Shown: positions 14,001-27,680, counted from the whole stretch's first letter. The stretch: 59,438 bases of DNA, filler included, from Dugesia japonica (GCA_001938525.1; 6 parts of 6 records of this genome joined end to end with filler, not necessarily neighbours in it), one strand, 5' to 3'. Program-made: numbers and translations. Notes: generated from the sequence alone by a model not told the origin.

Positions 14001-17000
14001 AACTCATCAGTTCTAATCTTTTGGATTTTATCTTTAACATTATCTTCAATGAAACTTGTAGACATGTTTTCAAAATCTTTTGTAATATCACAATTCATTT
14101 TTGTACAAATCATATTTGTTTGATTTCCAATTAAAATTGTTTTTTCATTATTATTTTCGATGTTGCTTTCTAACACTACTAACATATTAAAATCATTTTC
14201 CGTTTTATCATTTAATTTTGTATTACAAATTACATCATCAACATTTTTAAAAGAAATCGAACCATCTTCCGACGATTTTGTCAAATTGTGAAAATCCTCA
14301 ATTGACTTACTTTCACAACAAACATTGTCATTTAAAACATGTTCTTCGCTTCTTAAATTTACTTTAGAAAATATATCGAGTATTTTAAGTTCGTCATTAC
14401 CAATATACCAATTTTTAGACTGATTTTGAGTTAAGTCATATTTTTGAAAAAGTTTTAAACTTGGTGTATTTTTTATAAAATCATTAAAGTACAATTTTTT
14501 AGTGAGATCAAATTGTATTTTTTTCATTTTATTTATTCTACTATTAAAATAATTAAACCTTGAAAATTTAAAAGCATATTCATCGATATCTTCATCCTCA
14601 CTTTCATTATCTGATTGTATAGGTGTAGCATCTGATATATCTTCTAAAATAGGTGGTTCAATATATTTGTTGTCATCATCAATAATAGTATTTGCTGATT
14701 CATGATTTAAGGTTTTCATATTTAAAGAAATTTCTCCATCTGTGCAAAACTCAAATAAACCAAAATCATCTAATGTTTTAGACTTTAATGCAGAATCAGT
14801 AACGTAGAATGATGACTCGTTGTTACGCTTTGAATCGAAATTTATTGACATCAAGCATTGAGTTTTTTCATCTAATAATGCATCATTTGTAGAAGAATAA
14901 ATAAGCTCTATAGAAGTATTAGGAATAGTACAAAAGCTAATAGTATTATTAGTATTATTACTAAAGTTTGCTTCCGAAATATGATCATTTTCTTTAGAAA
15001 AAATATCTATTTTACTTTGACCATCCGAGCTTTCACACATACTATAAATCTTAGACTTAAGTGTTGCTTCGGAATCTTGTTGTGAAGAACTACATGATAT
15101 TTCAATTTGTTTGGCAATCTCCGAAAGTTCGTTAGATTCTTTTATATTCAAATCTATTTCCTTCTCTGAATCTTCAATTATTAAATTAGATCGGCAATTT
15201 GAATCTATGTCTTTAAGAATGTTATCATTAATTTTTGAAATTATAGGACATTCAATAGTTGTCGGTAAAGAAACAGGAATCACAGATTGAGAATCGCATC
15301 TTATAAGTTCATTTTGATGACTACCACTATATTGTGCGACAAATTTATCAAGAAAAGCATTCTCTTCTTTTTCAAGTTCAGTCAACATATCTTCAGTATT
15401 GAGATTAACAACTTCAGCAATTTCAATGCACTGTGGCATTTCAATATTGGATGAATTATTTGAATAATTATTTAAATATGTAGAAGTTGTTACTGATGGT
15501 AAAACTGTACTACACGGGGGTAAGGTAGTGAAAGAAGATGCATAAGATACTCTGGAATCAATGTTTATCTGGGTTGTGGAACACCTAGTTAGTTCTGTAA
15601 TATCATCCTTTTGAATATTTTGTAAAAATTGGTCGAGAATTTCACTTGACACAAAACCATCTGTACCCAAGTTGCTGGCATCATATAAATTGTACGCAGT
15701 TGTAAAATCATCAGTATTACTTAACTCTGCATTAGATATTTCCCAAGCCAAGGAAAGAAGATCTTTTTCGCCAGAATCAGAATTATCCAATAGAGTATTT
15801 GAATTAATTTCGTTAAAAGAATGTGATATAGCAACATGCGGCTGATTTAAATAATCTGATGAATCGTTATTTACATAATAATTGCATTGATATGTACTAC
15901 GGGTATTCAAAGAATTATTGCAGTTTTGTTTCAGTGAATTATTTTCATTATACTGACATGCCTCTTGACTATCTATACTATGCGTTGAAGAAGCATAGCT
16001 GGAATTTTTATGGGATTTTGCTGGAGCACCTCTCTTACGACCAGATTTTTTACCTTTATTACCTTTGCGTCTGCCAGGACCGGATGGGGCCGGAAGCGTG
16101 GAACTATTCAAGCTATCTTGATTGTTAATTGATGTATTTGGACTACTCGTTTTGGGAGCAATTAACGGCTGGCGATATGTTGGTTTAGAAGGTTTTGGAG
16201 CTATAGCTCTCATTTTTTTACCAGCTGTTATATTAATATTTGAGGACGGACTATAAAGTGAAAGCAACTGATTTGACATTAGTTGACCAGTATTCATATG
16301 TATTGATATAGGATTAACACCAGATGGTTGAGAAACTGGAGTTAGAGGTAAATTTAAAGGTAAAGTTATTGGCTCACCAGGTTTGAAATTTGAAGGAATA
16401 TGAAGCAAAAAATTCCCAATACCTGGTAGTTGAACCTGAACAGATTGTTGAGACATGCTTAACGTATTTATTGACTCCACATTTTGTAATGTAGAATTTG
16501 TGATCTGATACTGTGACAAAGTATTGTTCAATGAATCATCAGGATGCTAAACATTTAATTAATAAAAATGATATTCAAAATAAATAAAAATTTAAAAAAT
16601 CTCAAAATTCGTCATTAAACGATTTATTTATTTAAATTAATTAATATTAAAATGCTGAATTAGTTTCGAAAAATTCAAACAGTTAAAATTTCCTTCTTTT
16701 AATTCTAAATGATGATTTAATCGAAAATAATTCTATATAATTTTTAAATTAAAAAAAATTGAATGTCTAAATAAGGAGTCAGCATCCATTTTTTAGCTGC
16801 GGATCAAAGTAAAAAAAATGTGACTATTAAGAATACTATTCGGGTCACTGGATATATATACACATTAATAAAAAATCATCTTTTTGTTTTTTTTAAATAA
16901 CTCAAAGATTATTCTCGTGTTGCAATGAAGTTTAGAATGTAATGTAATTGAGATTAACCAAAAATAAAAATATATAAATTAAAAGAATTGTGCATAAAAA

Positions 17001-18981
17001 AGTAAAAAATAATTATCTTCAATGGTACTGTGATCTTTATTTCTGTTAGGAACAGTGCAAAAGTTGTTGTTTATGCTGTTGTGTAATCAAATATCAAAGA
17101 AAAATGCGGTCGGCATTTTTCTTTCGGTGCATGTGCATCAATTCACACTGTAGAGTTAATATATTTTTGTCTAATTTATTTTTAAAGCTACAGATATTTT
17201 TAGGTAATTATTTAACTGATCCATTGATTTTATTTTTCAATATAAAATGTTAAAAATAATGGTATTTTTTTCAAATAAATAGAACACGATTTTTTAAAAT
17301 ATTTATTAAGTGCGATTAATTTCGACGATATAACCGTCATCATCAGGCAATTTAAAAATAATAAAACAAACTATTTACTATGACTATATAATTTCAATTA
17401 TGCAATCTCAATAAACAATCAATAAAATAATTTTAAGAGCGATGTTGAACTGGACATTAATTTAAAATAATAAATCTTAATTTTTTCAAGTTTTTGATAA
17501 AAATTAAAAGAATATTTTGATTTAAGCTCTTTACTTTTACTTATATTTTGAAAATTTTTTTGATCACTTACATTTTCTAAATCTGTATTTTGTGTCGAAT
17601 AGTCTGATTGACAATAAAGAGCCGTATTACCATTTGAATTAATATTTGAACCATTGGAAGATATTATAGAATCATTTGAGAAATAATATGTACATGGAAC
17701 TTCTTTATTTTCATTTAATTTTATCTGATTTCTTTGAGAGTAAATTATACTTTCAGAAGTCACTAAAGATTGATTACATTGTCTGCAAAATATTGATAAA
17801 AATCATATTTCCATTATATATTTTTTAAAATTAAAATCTCATTAATGAAATTATAATATGAACAGATTCAAAATTACAAACAAGTATTTATTAATACTTA
17901 TATTTTTTAATAATTATTTTATCCAAATATAAAAATGTGGAATATTAAATATTTAAAAAATATTTAGTGATTTCATAAAAAATTTCAAAAATAGTGCAAT
18001 TATGTTAACAGATTAATGATAAAAATTAAAGTGCTAATTTTTTTAAACGATTTATTGCAGAATTTACGATTATGTATTGCTTAACATAATAATGTATTGC
18101 TTAAAGATAATTCTCTAAAACATTTAAAATATTACCTCAAACAAGTCTTAATTAATTAATCCATTTATTTACTTTAATGGTGCATAAAAATCTAGCTTCT
18201 TAACAAAAATGTTCTCGGAAACTTCAATTATCGAAAAGAAATAGGTTAAATAAGTTTAAATTTCATCAGCAAATAAAACTAAATAAAAAAATTATTAAAT
18301 AGAAGCTTGATTAATTTTTTCATTATTAGAATATTACATTCACTATTAAAAATGACTTTAACGTTCCATAAAAATAAAAAATTTCAAACTATTATAATTT
18401 TAAATTAATAATTAACATATATCATTTAACTCTTTACTGTTTAATGCTATTATAATTATGCAACAATCAGAAAGAACTATAGAAGAACTTCAAATTATGC
18501 TTATGATATATTTAATATTAAATTAATTAAGCAAAAATCACATAAATAAACTCTAAAAAAAGTATTAAACAAACTTAATCGTATTTAGTGACTTTGTAAC
18601 TTGTTCAGTTAACGTAATGTCCTCTACCGATTTTATTGTATTACTTGTAAGCATTTCTCCACTTTCAGTCAAAGCTTCACATTCCTGTTTTAATTGGATT
18701 ATGGCAAAAATGTTAAAATAATTTACTGTTTTCTCTTTAAGTTTGGCCTTATTAGATATTGCAGATGAAAGAGCTTGATCTACCATAGTCTTGACTTTCT
18801 GATCACTACTTCTATGAGATAACGCCAACGTTACAACTTGATTCATGTCTCCCCTCATAACAGCTTCAACAATTGAATTAAGCAGTGAAGATTCACCAGC
18901 GGCTTCCATTTCATTTATTTTACTATTTACAGTATGATCGCTTTTATTTGAGATTTCTTCATCATTACTTTCTTTAGACAT
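11030..18981 (-). CDS. Large (>2000 aa) N/S/K-rich, probably nuclear protein of unknown family; exons 18981..18575, 17782..17572, 16546..11030; probably 3'-incomplete
   Basis: Phase-consistent junctions: AA|gtttgt to ttgcag|A (phase 2) and AAT|gtaagt to tttag|CAT (phase 0). Uninterrupted 5.5-kb ORF. Strong donor TTG|gtaagc at 11029; read-through would stop at 11006. Basic NLS-like clusters GRRKGNKGKKSGRKRG and KKHKKNSKKRKK. Confidence 0.75.
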
Positions 18982-19480
18982 GTTTTACGGTTATTATATA
19001 CAAAAGAGAAAAATCATTTTATAATTGATGGTAGATAATTCTCTAAAACTAATAACTTGACATAATTTCAAATTAAAATTGTGATAAAAGTTAAATAAAT
19101 ATTAACTAATTATGCAATAATAAATTTTGATAATATAAAATATTTATAATAAGAACTCCATGATTTGTATTAAATTTGCGTTGTTTACTTTATAAAGATA
19201 AACAAAACAGTAAACAAATATGTTTGTTTAATTATTTGAAAAATTAAATACAAAATTTCAATTAAAATAGTTTAAATTTTGTTATTATTTCGATAAATTT
19301 GTATGTAGTAAAAACAATTTTTTTACATGAATTTAAGTAATTTAAACATTCAAATTTAAAATACTTTAACAAGGAAATATTAAAAATTAATTATGAAAAT
19401 TTTTTAACCAATAAAAATTGATTAAAATAATTTTATATTTGGAAATAATATTTTATTATTTTATTATAATATTTTATTAT

Positions 19481-19580
19481 NNNNNNNNNNNNNNNNNNNN
19501 NNNNNNNNNNNNNNNNNNNNNNNNTTAATTAATTAANNNNNNNNNNNNNNNNNNNNNNNNNNNNNNNNNNNNNNNNNNNN
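19481..19580. other. Artificial scaffold spacer N44-TTAATTAATTAA-N44
   Basis: Same structure as 10190-10289. Confidence 0.95.
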
Positions 19581-22500
19581 TGCACCAAATATGTTTAATA
19601 AAAATAGGAATAATAAATCAAAAAGTTCTGAAAAAACCGAAAATGGATAACTGTGGGTAAACAAGAAACAAGAACATGCTTTACATGTGGTAAAAAAAGG
19701 CCATATAGCTAGAGATTGCAATATCAAAAAATGTTTAAGGTGTGTAGGCGATCATCTTAAAAGAAATTGCAAATGAAACAAGCAATCTAAGATATTATTA
19801 TGAAGAAGACGAGCAAACAGAATCCGTAATCAATGAGAAACCAGGAGAAGAAGATTACAGCGATCAAGTGAATACGATAAGTGAAAATAAATCATCTTGG
19901 AAGATTCAAAAATATACTGAACTAATTAAAACGTTTAAACCGTCACTTGAAGATAAGTATGTCAATTTTATCGAAGGAAATGAAGCAAGGCCCAGACAAC
20001 ACTTAAAAATATGAACTAACACTAATATCAGTGTCAAGGCCAGAAAAAGCAACAAATAAACCAATTTTTGAATGTCAGGTTGCAGGGATACCAGTAAAAA
20101 CTGTTTGACACGGGCGCTGATTTGAATGNTATAAGCCAGGAATTAGCCGATCGTATCTGCAAAAAGAACCCTGATGTTAGAATTTTTAAATCTTTGACAA
20201 AAGTAACATGCGCAAATGGTACAACAGAGGAATGTTTTGGGAAGATACAATTAAATACATCAATTGCACTTGTAATGACAGCACACGAGTTTGATATTAT
20301 ACCGAATATATTTCCACGTCTATATAATGGATTAAGAAGCATGAAGAAATACGAAATAATGGTGGATGCAGCAAATGATGGAATAATAATACNNNNNNNN
20401 NNNNNNNNNNNNNNNNNNNNNNNNNNNNNNNNNNNNNNNNNNTTTTAAATCTTTGACAAAAGTAACATGCGCAAATGGTACAACAGAGGAATGTTTTGGG
20501 AAGATACAATTAAATATGTCAATTGCACTTGTAATGACAGCACACGAGTTTGATATTATACCGAATATATTTTCACATCTATATAATGGATTAAGAAGCA
20601 TGAAGAAATACGAAATAATGGTGGATGCAGCAAATGATGGAATAATAATACAGAATATTAAGATTCCATTTATTTCAAAAACAGTTCTACCTGAGTCAAT
20701 ATTAAAATAACACCGACCGTGTTAATGAGTTGTAATACGGGATTCGAAAAATTAGAGACTCGTGAGATTTATAATGATAATCAATGTTATAGAATTGCGG
20801 TATCTGAAAACGTAGATTTAAGTAGAATTAGTGAATATTTTATCAGAGGCATGATAATAGACCACTCAGATCAGAAAATTACTTATGATACGAGTAAAGA
20901 ATGGATTTTCACTGGACATAAAGAGAAAATAGAAAAAACACAGATGGAACTGCAATCGAAAATAATGGATACATGTGGGTAAGAATATATATGTTAGAAG
21001 GCGGATGTAAATCTTTACACACCGGAACTACACTCGAATATGTAGAAGAATTTAATCAAAATGAAAAAGTGTTTGAAAAAGTATCACTTAGACAATTTTC
21101 CTATGAAAAATAAAGAACAGAGGAAGAAATTACAGACAATATACTGCAGAAAATTAAAAATGCTATGGAAGTTACAAACAATTACTACGATATAGTCAAA
21201 ACATTAGTAATCCTTGAAAGGAATAAATATGTATTTAGTCGATATAAGATGGATGTGGGTAAAACTTATATGATTGAACATAAAATAGAAACAACCGATA
21301 GCAGATCAATGGAAGCCACGAAGAATACCGAAAGGACTCGATGAAGAAGTAGAACATATGGTTAAAGATTGGATAGATATTGGTGTTGTAAAGCCGAGTA
21401 CTTCTCCATGAAACTGTCCAATTGTAGTGGTGACAAAGAAAAACGGCGATAACTGTATGTGTATCGACTACAGGGCACTGAATGCTAAAACAAACCGACC
21501 AATATTTCCAATACCATCATCAGAGGAAATACTTGACAGTATTGCTGGAACTAACTATTTTTCAACTCTAGACCTTTTGAGTGGATAACACCAAGTGCCG
21601 ATAGCTAAAAAAGATCAGGAAAAAACAGCATTCCGCACAAAGTTTTGACAAAACGAATTTGCCAGAATGCCGTTTGGATTATGCTCAGCACCAGTGACAT
21701 TTCAGTGGCTTATGAATATTGTATTGCGAAATGAAAATTGGAACAAGTGCGTAATATAAATAGACGATGTTTTAATATTTGGTAAAACTGTAGAAGAGCA
21801 TAATGAAAAACTAGATCAAATATTAAGAAGAATAAGAAAAGCTGGACTTAAATTAGCAGGAAAAAATGCAATATCTCGGACATACAATAACTAAAAATGG
21901 AATCGCAACAGATCCTGATAAGATAATGGCAATCCAAAAATGGGAGATTCCTTAATGTCNNNNNNNNNNNNNNNNNNNNNNNNNNNNNNNNNNNNNNNNN
22001 NNNNNNNNNNNNNNNNATTCATAAAGAATTATTCAAATTTATTAGAACCTCTCAGTTCAATGCTAAAGAAAGAAAACAAATTTCAGTGGAAAGATGAAAA
22101 TAAAAAATATTTTTACAAGCTACGTAAAATGTTGACAGAACCACCAGTGCTAGCTTTGCCAACAGGATGGAAAATATATCTTGAATACAGATGCTTCTCG
22201 CAACACAATTAGTGCGGTACTTTCTCAAGTATAAGATGGCGAGAAACGAGTATTATACTATGCATCGAAAACACTAACAAAAAGTCAGAAACAGTACTAC
22301 ATCACAAAAAAAGAGCTTCTGACAATATATGTGTTTGTCCTCAAGTTTAAGCACTATTTAATGGGATCAAAATTTGTGGTATGAACAGATCATCAAGCAT
22401 TAAAATAGATGCTTAATTGGNNNNNNNNNNNNNNNNNNNNNNNNNNNNNNNNNNNNNNNNNNNNNNNNNNNNNNNNNNNNNNNNNNNNNNNNNNNNNNNN

Positions 22501-23045
22501 NNNNNNNNNNNNNNNNNNNNNNNNNNNNNNNNNNNNNNNAGATTGCGACTAGTGTTTAATAAAAGATGAGGATCCAAAAAGGAAAAGAAACGTTAAAATA
22601 TACATATATATAAAATTACAGTGCACAACAGACAAAGATGAGGAACAAAGTATACGCTTAGAAAAAGTTATAAATAAAATATTTCAAGAAGTCAAATGGG
22701 AACTAAGAAAATATATAAATATATGAATAATATTACAGGCTCTAGAAAGAAACGAGAGAACACTTCGTGACATATAGGTAAATAAGGAAATACAATCGTA
22801 TTTGGATAAAAATAAAGAACTGCGAATACTAGGTGAGAGGCTATATTTAGAAAAGGATGAGAAATATCTTCTTATTGTGCCCAGACATAAAAGAGAAGAT
22901 GTCATTTTGAAATATCATAAGTCAAAGGTGACCCAGGAGTAGAGAAAACAATAGGAATTATTAAATATGAGTATTATTGGCCGTGTATGGATAAAAACAT
23001 AAGTGAACAACTATCAAAATGTAAACAGTGCAATGCGCATAAATA

Positions 23046-23300
23046 TGTTGGGGTTCCACCTGAGTTAGATGGAGAAAAGTGTGACTGGGGAATGAAGGCG
23101 GTGACATCATCGTTATCGTCCCAAGGGACCCAATCTGGGTTGCCAATCTGGCGAGAAAGATCGGCGATATATTGTTTTAAAAATTCGATCTTTCTCAGTA
23201 GCAATTGCTTGGTTTCGACTTCCAATGCTTTGGTTTGGACTGCTAGATCGTTCTGCTTCTTCACGATTCAGTCCAACCTCTTTATCAATCTATCCGTCTG
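23046..23300 (-). pseudogene. Coiled-coil-like ORF running off the element terminus
   Basis: QTDRLIKRLD*IVKKQNDLAVQTKALEVETKQLLLRKIEFLKQYIADLSRQIGNPDWVPWDD..GGTPT reaches the end at 23046 without a stop. Confidence 0.4.
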
Positions 23301-23611
23301 GGTCTGTCTTACGCTTCAAGTGGCGTTATAACAACAGTCGGCGCATGATGCGATGACATCGGTGAAGACTGTTAGGAAAATTGATACGAGGCACTGAAAG
23401 AAATTAGATTAATATATAAGCAATTAACTGCGAAACTCAGATAAACAATAGAATAAAAAGTCTGAACTCATAAAACCATTGAATAATAGATTTATTTANN
23501 NNNNNNNNNNNNNNNNNNNNNNNNNNNNNNNNNNNNNCCCTTCTCGATCATCAATGGCTCGAGAGGTATTTTTTCCCGGAGTAGTAAGATGTCGTTAACC
23601 AGTTTATTTTC

Positions 23612-23874
23612 TCAGTCATGGCTGGACCGGATAATTTCCGAAAAAGATTCAACCTGCTTCTTCCAGGTTCGTTCCTGCAGGTGTGAGGCTTCAGCTTCCT
23701 TTTTGAAAGCGATGCATTTCTTCCTATATCTAGTCACTTTACTATTGGCAGCTGCTATTTCCGCCTCCCAACGACGTTTGGCTAACTTATACAGATCCCA
23801 GGTGAGATCAAGGTCTTCACTGGTTTCCCGCAGCTTTTTATTTGGAGCCTGTGATTTAGACAGGGAGGAATGCA
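23612..23874 (-). CDS. Coiled-coil-like ORF or exon of the TG...CA element
   Basis: Open frame of ~87 codons with heptad character (LAKRRWEAEIAAANSKV..FKKEAEASHLQERTWKKQVE) following a TTTCAG acceptor at 23876-23875. Confidence 0.4.
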
Positions 23875-24034
23875 CTGAAATATGATTTTTTATTAATTAC
23901 GAAGATAAAAACAAGACAGCAACTTAATGTTACTGGAAACAGAAATTTATCTTAATCTACGCGTGAAGATATAATATAATTGAACTCTAAACAAGACACC
24001 TATTTATTCGTATTCTAAAACAAAACAGCATTCA

Positions 24035-24388
24035 TTAGGGATTATTATTAGTGTCAACATTTGGTGCTGTATTTTCACTATCGGACACTCTAGTTGGCAT
24101 CTAACCCCCCCAGAGAAGGTTAGAGATGAAGGCCTGTAACGCTGGAGCTAGGAGTGGCATTGTAGGCTGATATTGGAAAGGTGTCGCAAGGGTGCGATCA
24201 GGACCTGTCCAGGTTTGATACTGTTGTCGCTCTCCGAAATCCCGTATTCGGGTGACGATAGACTCGACATGGGGTAGGTTGGACCTATCGGCCAAAATAC
24301 CCGCGTCACGGTTGTGTGGGTTGTGATGTCGCCGGAAAATTACTCGACGGGTTCTTCTATCCACTACCCTCTTCCATATAGACTCCAT
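24035..24388 (-). pseudogene. Unknown ~117-aa protein MESIWKRVVDRR... with one internal stop (24103-24101)
   Basis: Homolog at 35428..35784; similarity continues past the stop (SDSENTAP vs EDSENTAP); TTTTTCTAG acceptor 2 nt before the ATG. Confidence 0.65.
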
Positions 24389-24532
24389 ATCTAGAAAAAC
24401 GAGAAGAAAACGGTAAAATTCGAATAAAACAGCATTAATAAGTAAAGACAATTTATATATATGGTTAAGACAACATTACAAAGACTTTTTACAGATTCTC
24501 TCTTGACAATGGAGTGCTAACAAGACGAAAAA

Positions 24533-24715
24533 TCACTCCTCATCTAAATCCACTCTGCTGACCTGGGAAAACGTTACTGCGAGGCAGCATAGGTCAGTCT
24601 CATCCGGATGCTCAATCCCCCCTTTCGTCAGTAGATGAGCTATCAACTGTTTTGTCTGGGCAATTTGACGCTGCTTCTTTATCCAACGTAAGGTGTGACT
24701 CAATTCCGTTGGCAT
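24533..24715 (-). CDS. Small unknown protein MPTEL... (60 aa) of the TG...CA element
   Basis: Intact ORF; same-length homolog at 35927..36109 (MPTEL..LRWIKKQR..AH.LTKG.IEHP.ETDL.CLA..F....VDLDE); pyrimidine tract and AG 3 nt before the ATG. Confidence 0.65.
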   Translation of the reverse strand: MPTELSHTLRWIKKQRQIAQTKQLIAHLLTKGGIEHPDETDLCCLAVTFSQVSRVDLDEE

Positions 24716-27680
24716 GAGCTAAAGAATTGAAAATATCAACCACAGTATGTAATTTATGACTTATTCCCCCGAACAATTAGTCGTCACTGACTGTTATAAA
24801 AGGAAAATAATAATTAATGGCGTGATGCTAATTATGTTCATAGAAACCTCGTTAGGCAAATAATGATAGCCATAACATAGTAATAATAGGTATTATAATA
24901 CCAATAGCAGTGGAAATGAAATTATTTTGGTAATAATACGAATAACCAACATAATGCACGAAGATATAATGATATTATTGCTAATAGTACGGTTAGTAGT
25001 AATTATACAAGCAATCCGAGCTACTAATAAATCGAACAAATTTGCATATACTAATAAAATCCCTAATAATATTAATAGAGGCCAAACTAATCCGGATACA
25101 CCGCTAATCATCATAATTATGATCATCCCACTATCCGTTATAGTAATAATACCATTAATAGTAATTATGGTGATCATAATAAGAATTTACAGTTAACCTA
25201 GATAATAATTATAAAAGCAATTTTATAATAATAATAATTATAATAAGATTAATATTTCTGATATTGATAATATTGATAAAAATAATATTCTTTTATAAAA
25301 TTCTGCCTGTTTATAAAATTTCGTCTATGAGCTCAATTCCGAGTTTTGAAAAATTCCGCTGTTTATGGTTGCCTAGTAGTGGTAACCACTTTCTGATACT
25401 ATCGGATTACACACTGAAAAGTTTGTGTGTGTGTTAACACTTTATCGTATTCACTGAAAAATATATTTTGGTAATCTTGTCATAAATTTCTCTCACTGTC
25501 ATTATGAATAGTACATATTTAGCATCCATGCATGATTGGATTAAGGAAAAAATTATAAAAGCGTGAAACTGAATTACGCTCATAAAAGTTCGGATTGCCT
25601 TTTGAATCATCGGATCATGTGGTTACTAATAAATTTATTTAACTAATAAAGTTGTCCTGCATTCCACTTACTATCAAAAATATTTGGCTAAGAATTTCTG
25701 CAACGGGTTATCTATTCCTCTATTGAAATTTATGATCGATCTTTGGATTGTCGAGAGCTTCAACTGTTCAAAACGATTTTTCTAATTAATTTATACTTCT
25801 GAACAATTTAATTACTATTTACGATGCCTCGGATAACTGGTACGCGATAACTGGTTGTATTTGGGTTTCTTGATGAATATTGATAAATTTGCAGTTACAA
25901 TTTTTTGCGGATAAAAAGATAAAAAACTTTGTGTGTTTCTCTAAATTCCGAGGTCCTTTTATAGGATTTTCTTCACACCCCAACTTCTTCCAGATTTGTT
26001 GGTTATTTTTAGATTGAATTTTTTGACTTTTTATTGGTTCCAGTGCCAATTCTCTAAAATATTCTTCAAGTTTTTTTGCCACGATTGGCAGCTATTTTTA
26101 GAGTGACACATGAAAATTGTGTCTTTTTTTAATTTTATTTTTAGATTTCTTATTGGCCCGATCTTGAGGACCTTGCAGCAACCTTCTGGATGGTGGTAAG
26201 TTTTTTCTTCTTAGCAAGTTCGATGCGTCTTGTTATTTTCTTTCCGTATTTTCTTACCCGGATTCTTTCTGATTTCCTTGAGCGAAGTTATTCGGGTAAA
26301 ACGGATTTTTAACTAATTTTTCTTCTTTTTTATTTCAAAATTAATTAATATTTTTTTGTTAATTAATTATTTTCCTTTAATGATTTCTTAATTTCTCCTT
26401 ATGAATTTAATAATTCTTTTTAATTCCCGTACTGATGTAAGATAATTTTATCTTACCCGGTCCGTCGTATCCATGTTTAATTGTATTTTATTTTTTTCTA
26501 CGGGTTATTTCCATTATAACCCCCTTGACTATGATTGTATTTCCTTTTGGATTTCCTTGTGGGCAGATATAGCGCCTTACTGTTCTTCTTTGCTGATTTG
26601 GGTTTCTTCGGTCTTATTTTTCTTCTTTAATGGGTGTTTCACCCCAACAAATATATTAACGGAAGAATTAAAGCACCATTACAGAATATATCCGAAAAAG
26701 AACCATTTCAAAGTATTGCAATANNNNNNNNNNNNNNNNNNNNNNNNNNNNNNNNNNNNNNNNNNNNNNNNNNNNNNNNNNNNNNNNNNNNNNNNNNNNN
26801 NNNNNNNNNNNNNNNNNNNNNNNNNNNNNNNNNNNNNNNNNNNNNNNNNNNNNNNNNNNNNCATTGGATATCCAAGTTTGGAATACCTAGTCGAATTCAC
26901 TCGGATTGTGGTAGTAATTTTAGTTCAGGTGCATTTGAGAAATATTGCAAGCAATTGGGAATTGTGAAAACATTTTCATCTCCATATTACCATCAAGGAA
27001 TCGGATTAGTAGAAAGATTATTTAGACCAGCGAAACCTATGATTAGTGCAGTACTAGAAGACAGACAAATTCAAGATTGGAGTACGGTGCTACCAATAAT
27101 AGAATATAGATTATGAACAACAACACAAAAAACGACTAAGTACACTCCGTATGAAATAGCATTTTGAAGAAACCTAGAATCAATATGTGGAATGCTGGAA
27201 AGAGGGAAACGAACATCACAAATAACTCTGATCAATATGTAGAACAATTAAAAAGAAATATTATGAATATTCATGGTCATGTAAGAAAAAATATTGAAGA
27301 ACATAATGAATTTACAGCAGCTAAATATGACAAATATCGGCGGAGAGATGAAATTAAAATTGATGATAAAGTTCTGATAAAAAACAATGTACATGATGGT
27401 TTTAAAAGGCGATTTATTGGACCATTTAAATTAATAAAGAAAATTAATGAATGGACTTACACTTTGCTTGATGAAAATAGAAACACTTTAATTCAAAGAA
27501 ACTACAACCAAATCAATAGAATACCAAGAGATGAACTTTCCTACAAGTCCTGGAGCACACAAATATCAGTAAGTAAACAGAAAACAGCCTTACCAGTACA
27601 ACCTGGCCGACAAATTGAGAGTGATATCAGAAGACGTCATCCAGAAAGAATGACAAGGAATCCGAATCCTCAATATCGAT

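Larger units (their letters stand above)
23046..26649 (-). mobile_element. 3.6-kb TG...CA element with 9-bp inverted ends and 4-bp TSD; multi-ORF, no recognisable transposase (giant solo LTR or Ginger-like non-autonomous element)
   Basis: AATA|TGTTGGGGT...ACCCCAACA|AATA. Removing it plus one AATA restores in-frame integrase CNAHKYINGRIKAPLQ. Confidence 0.85.

Noticed and set aside
20183-20650. Near-identical ~210-bp duplication of protease sequence
   Set aside because: The copies sit on either side of an N gap, typical of unmerged overlapping contig ends or haplotypes.
24893-25196. Ile-rich membrane-protein-like ORFs on both strands
   Set aside because: Low-complexity ATT/AAT-rich DNA open on both strands; the frame is not clearly kept in copy 2, so coding status is unsupported.
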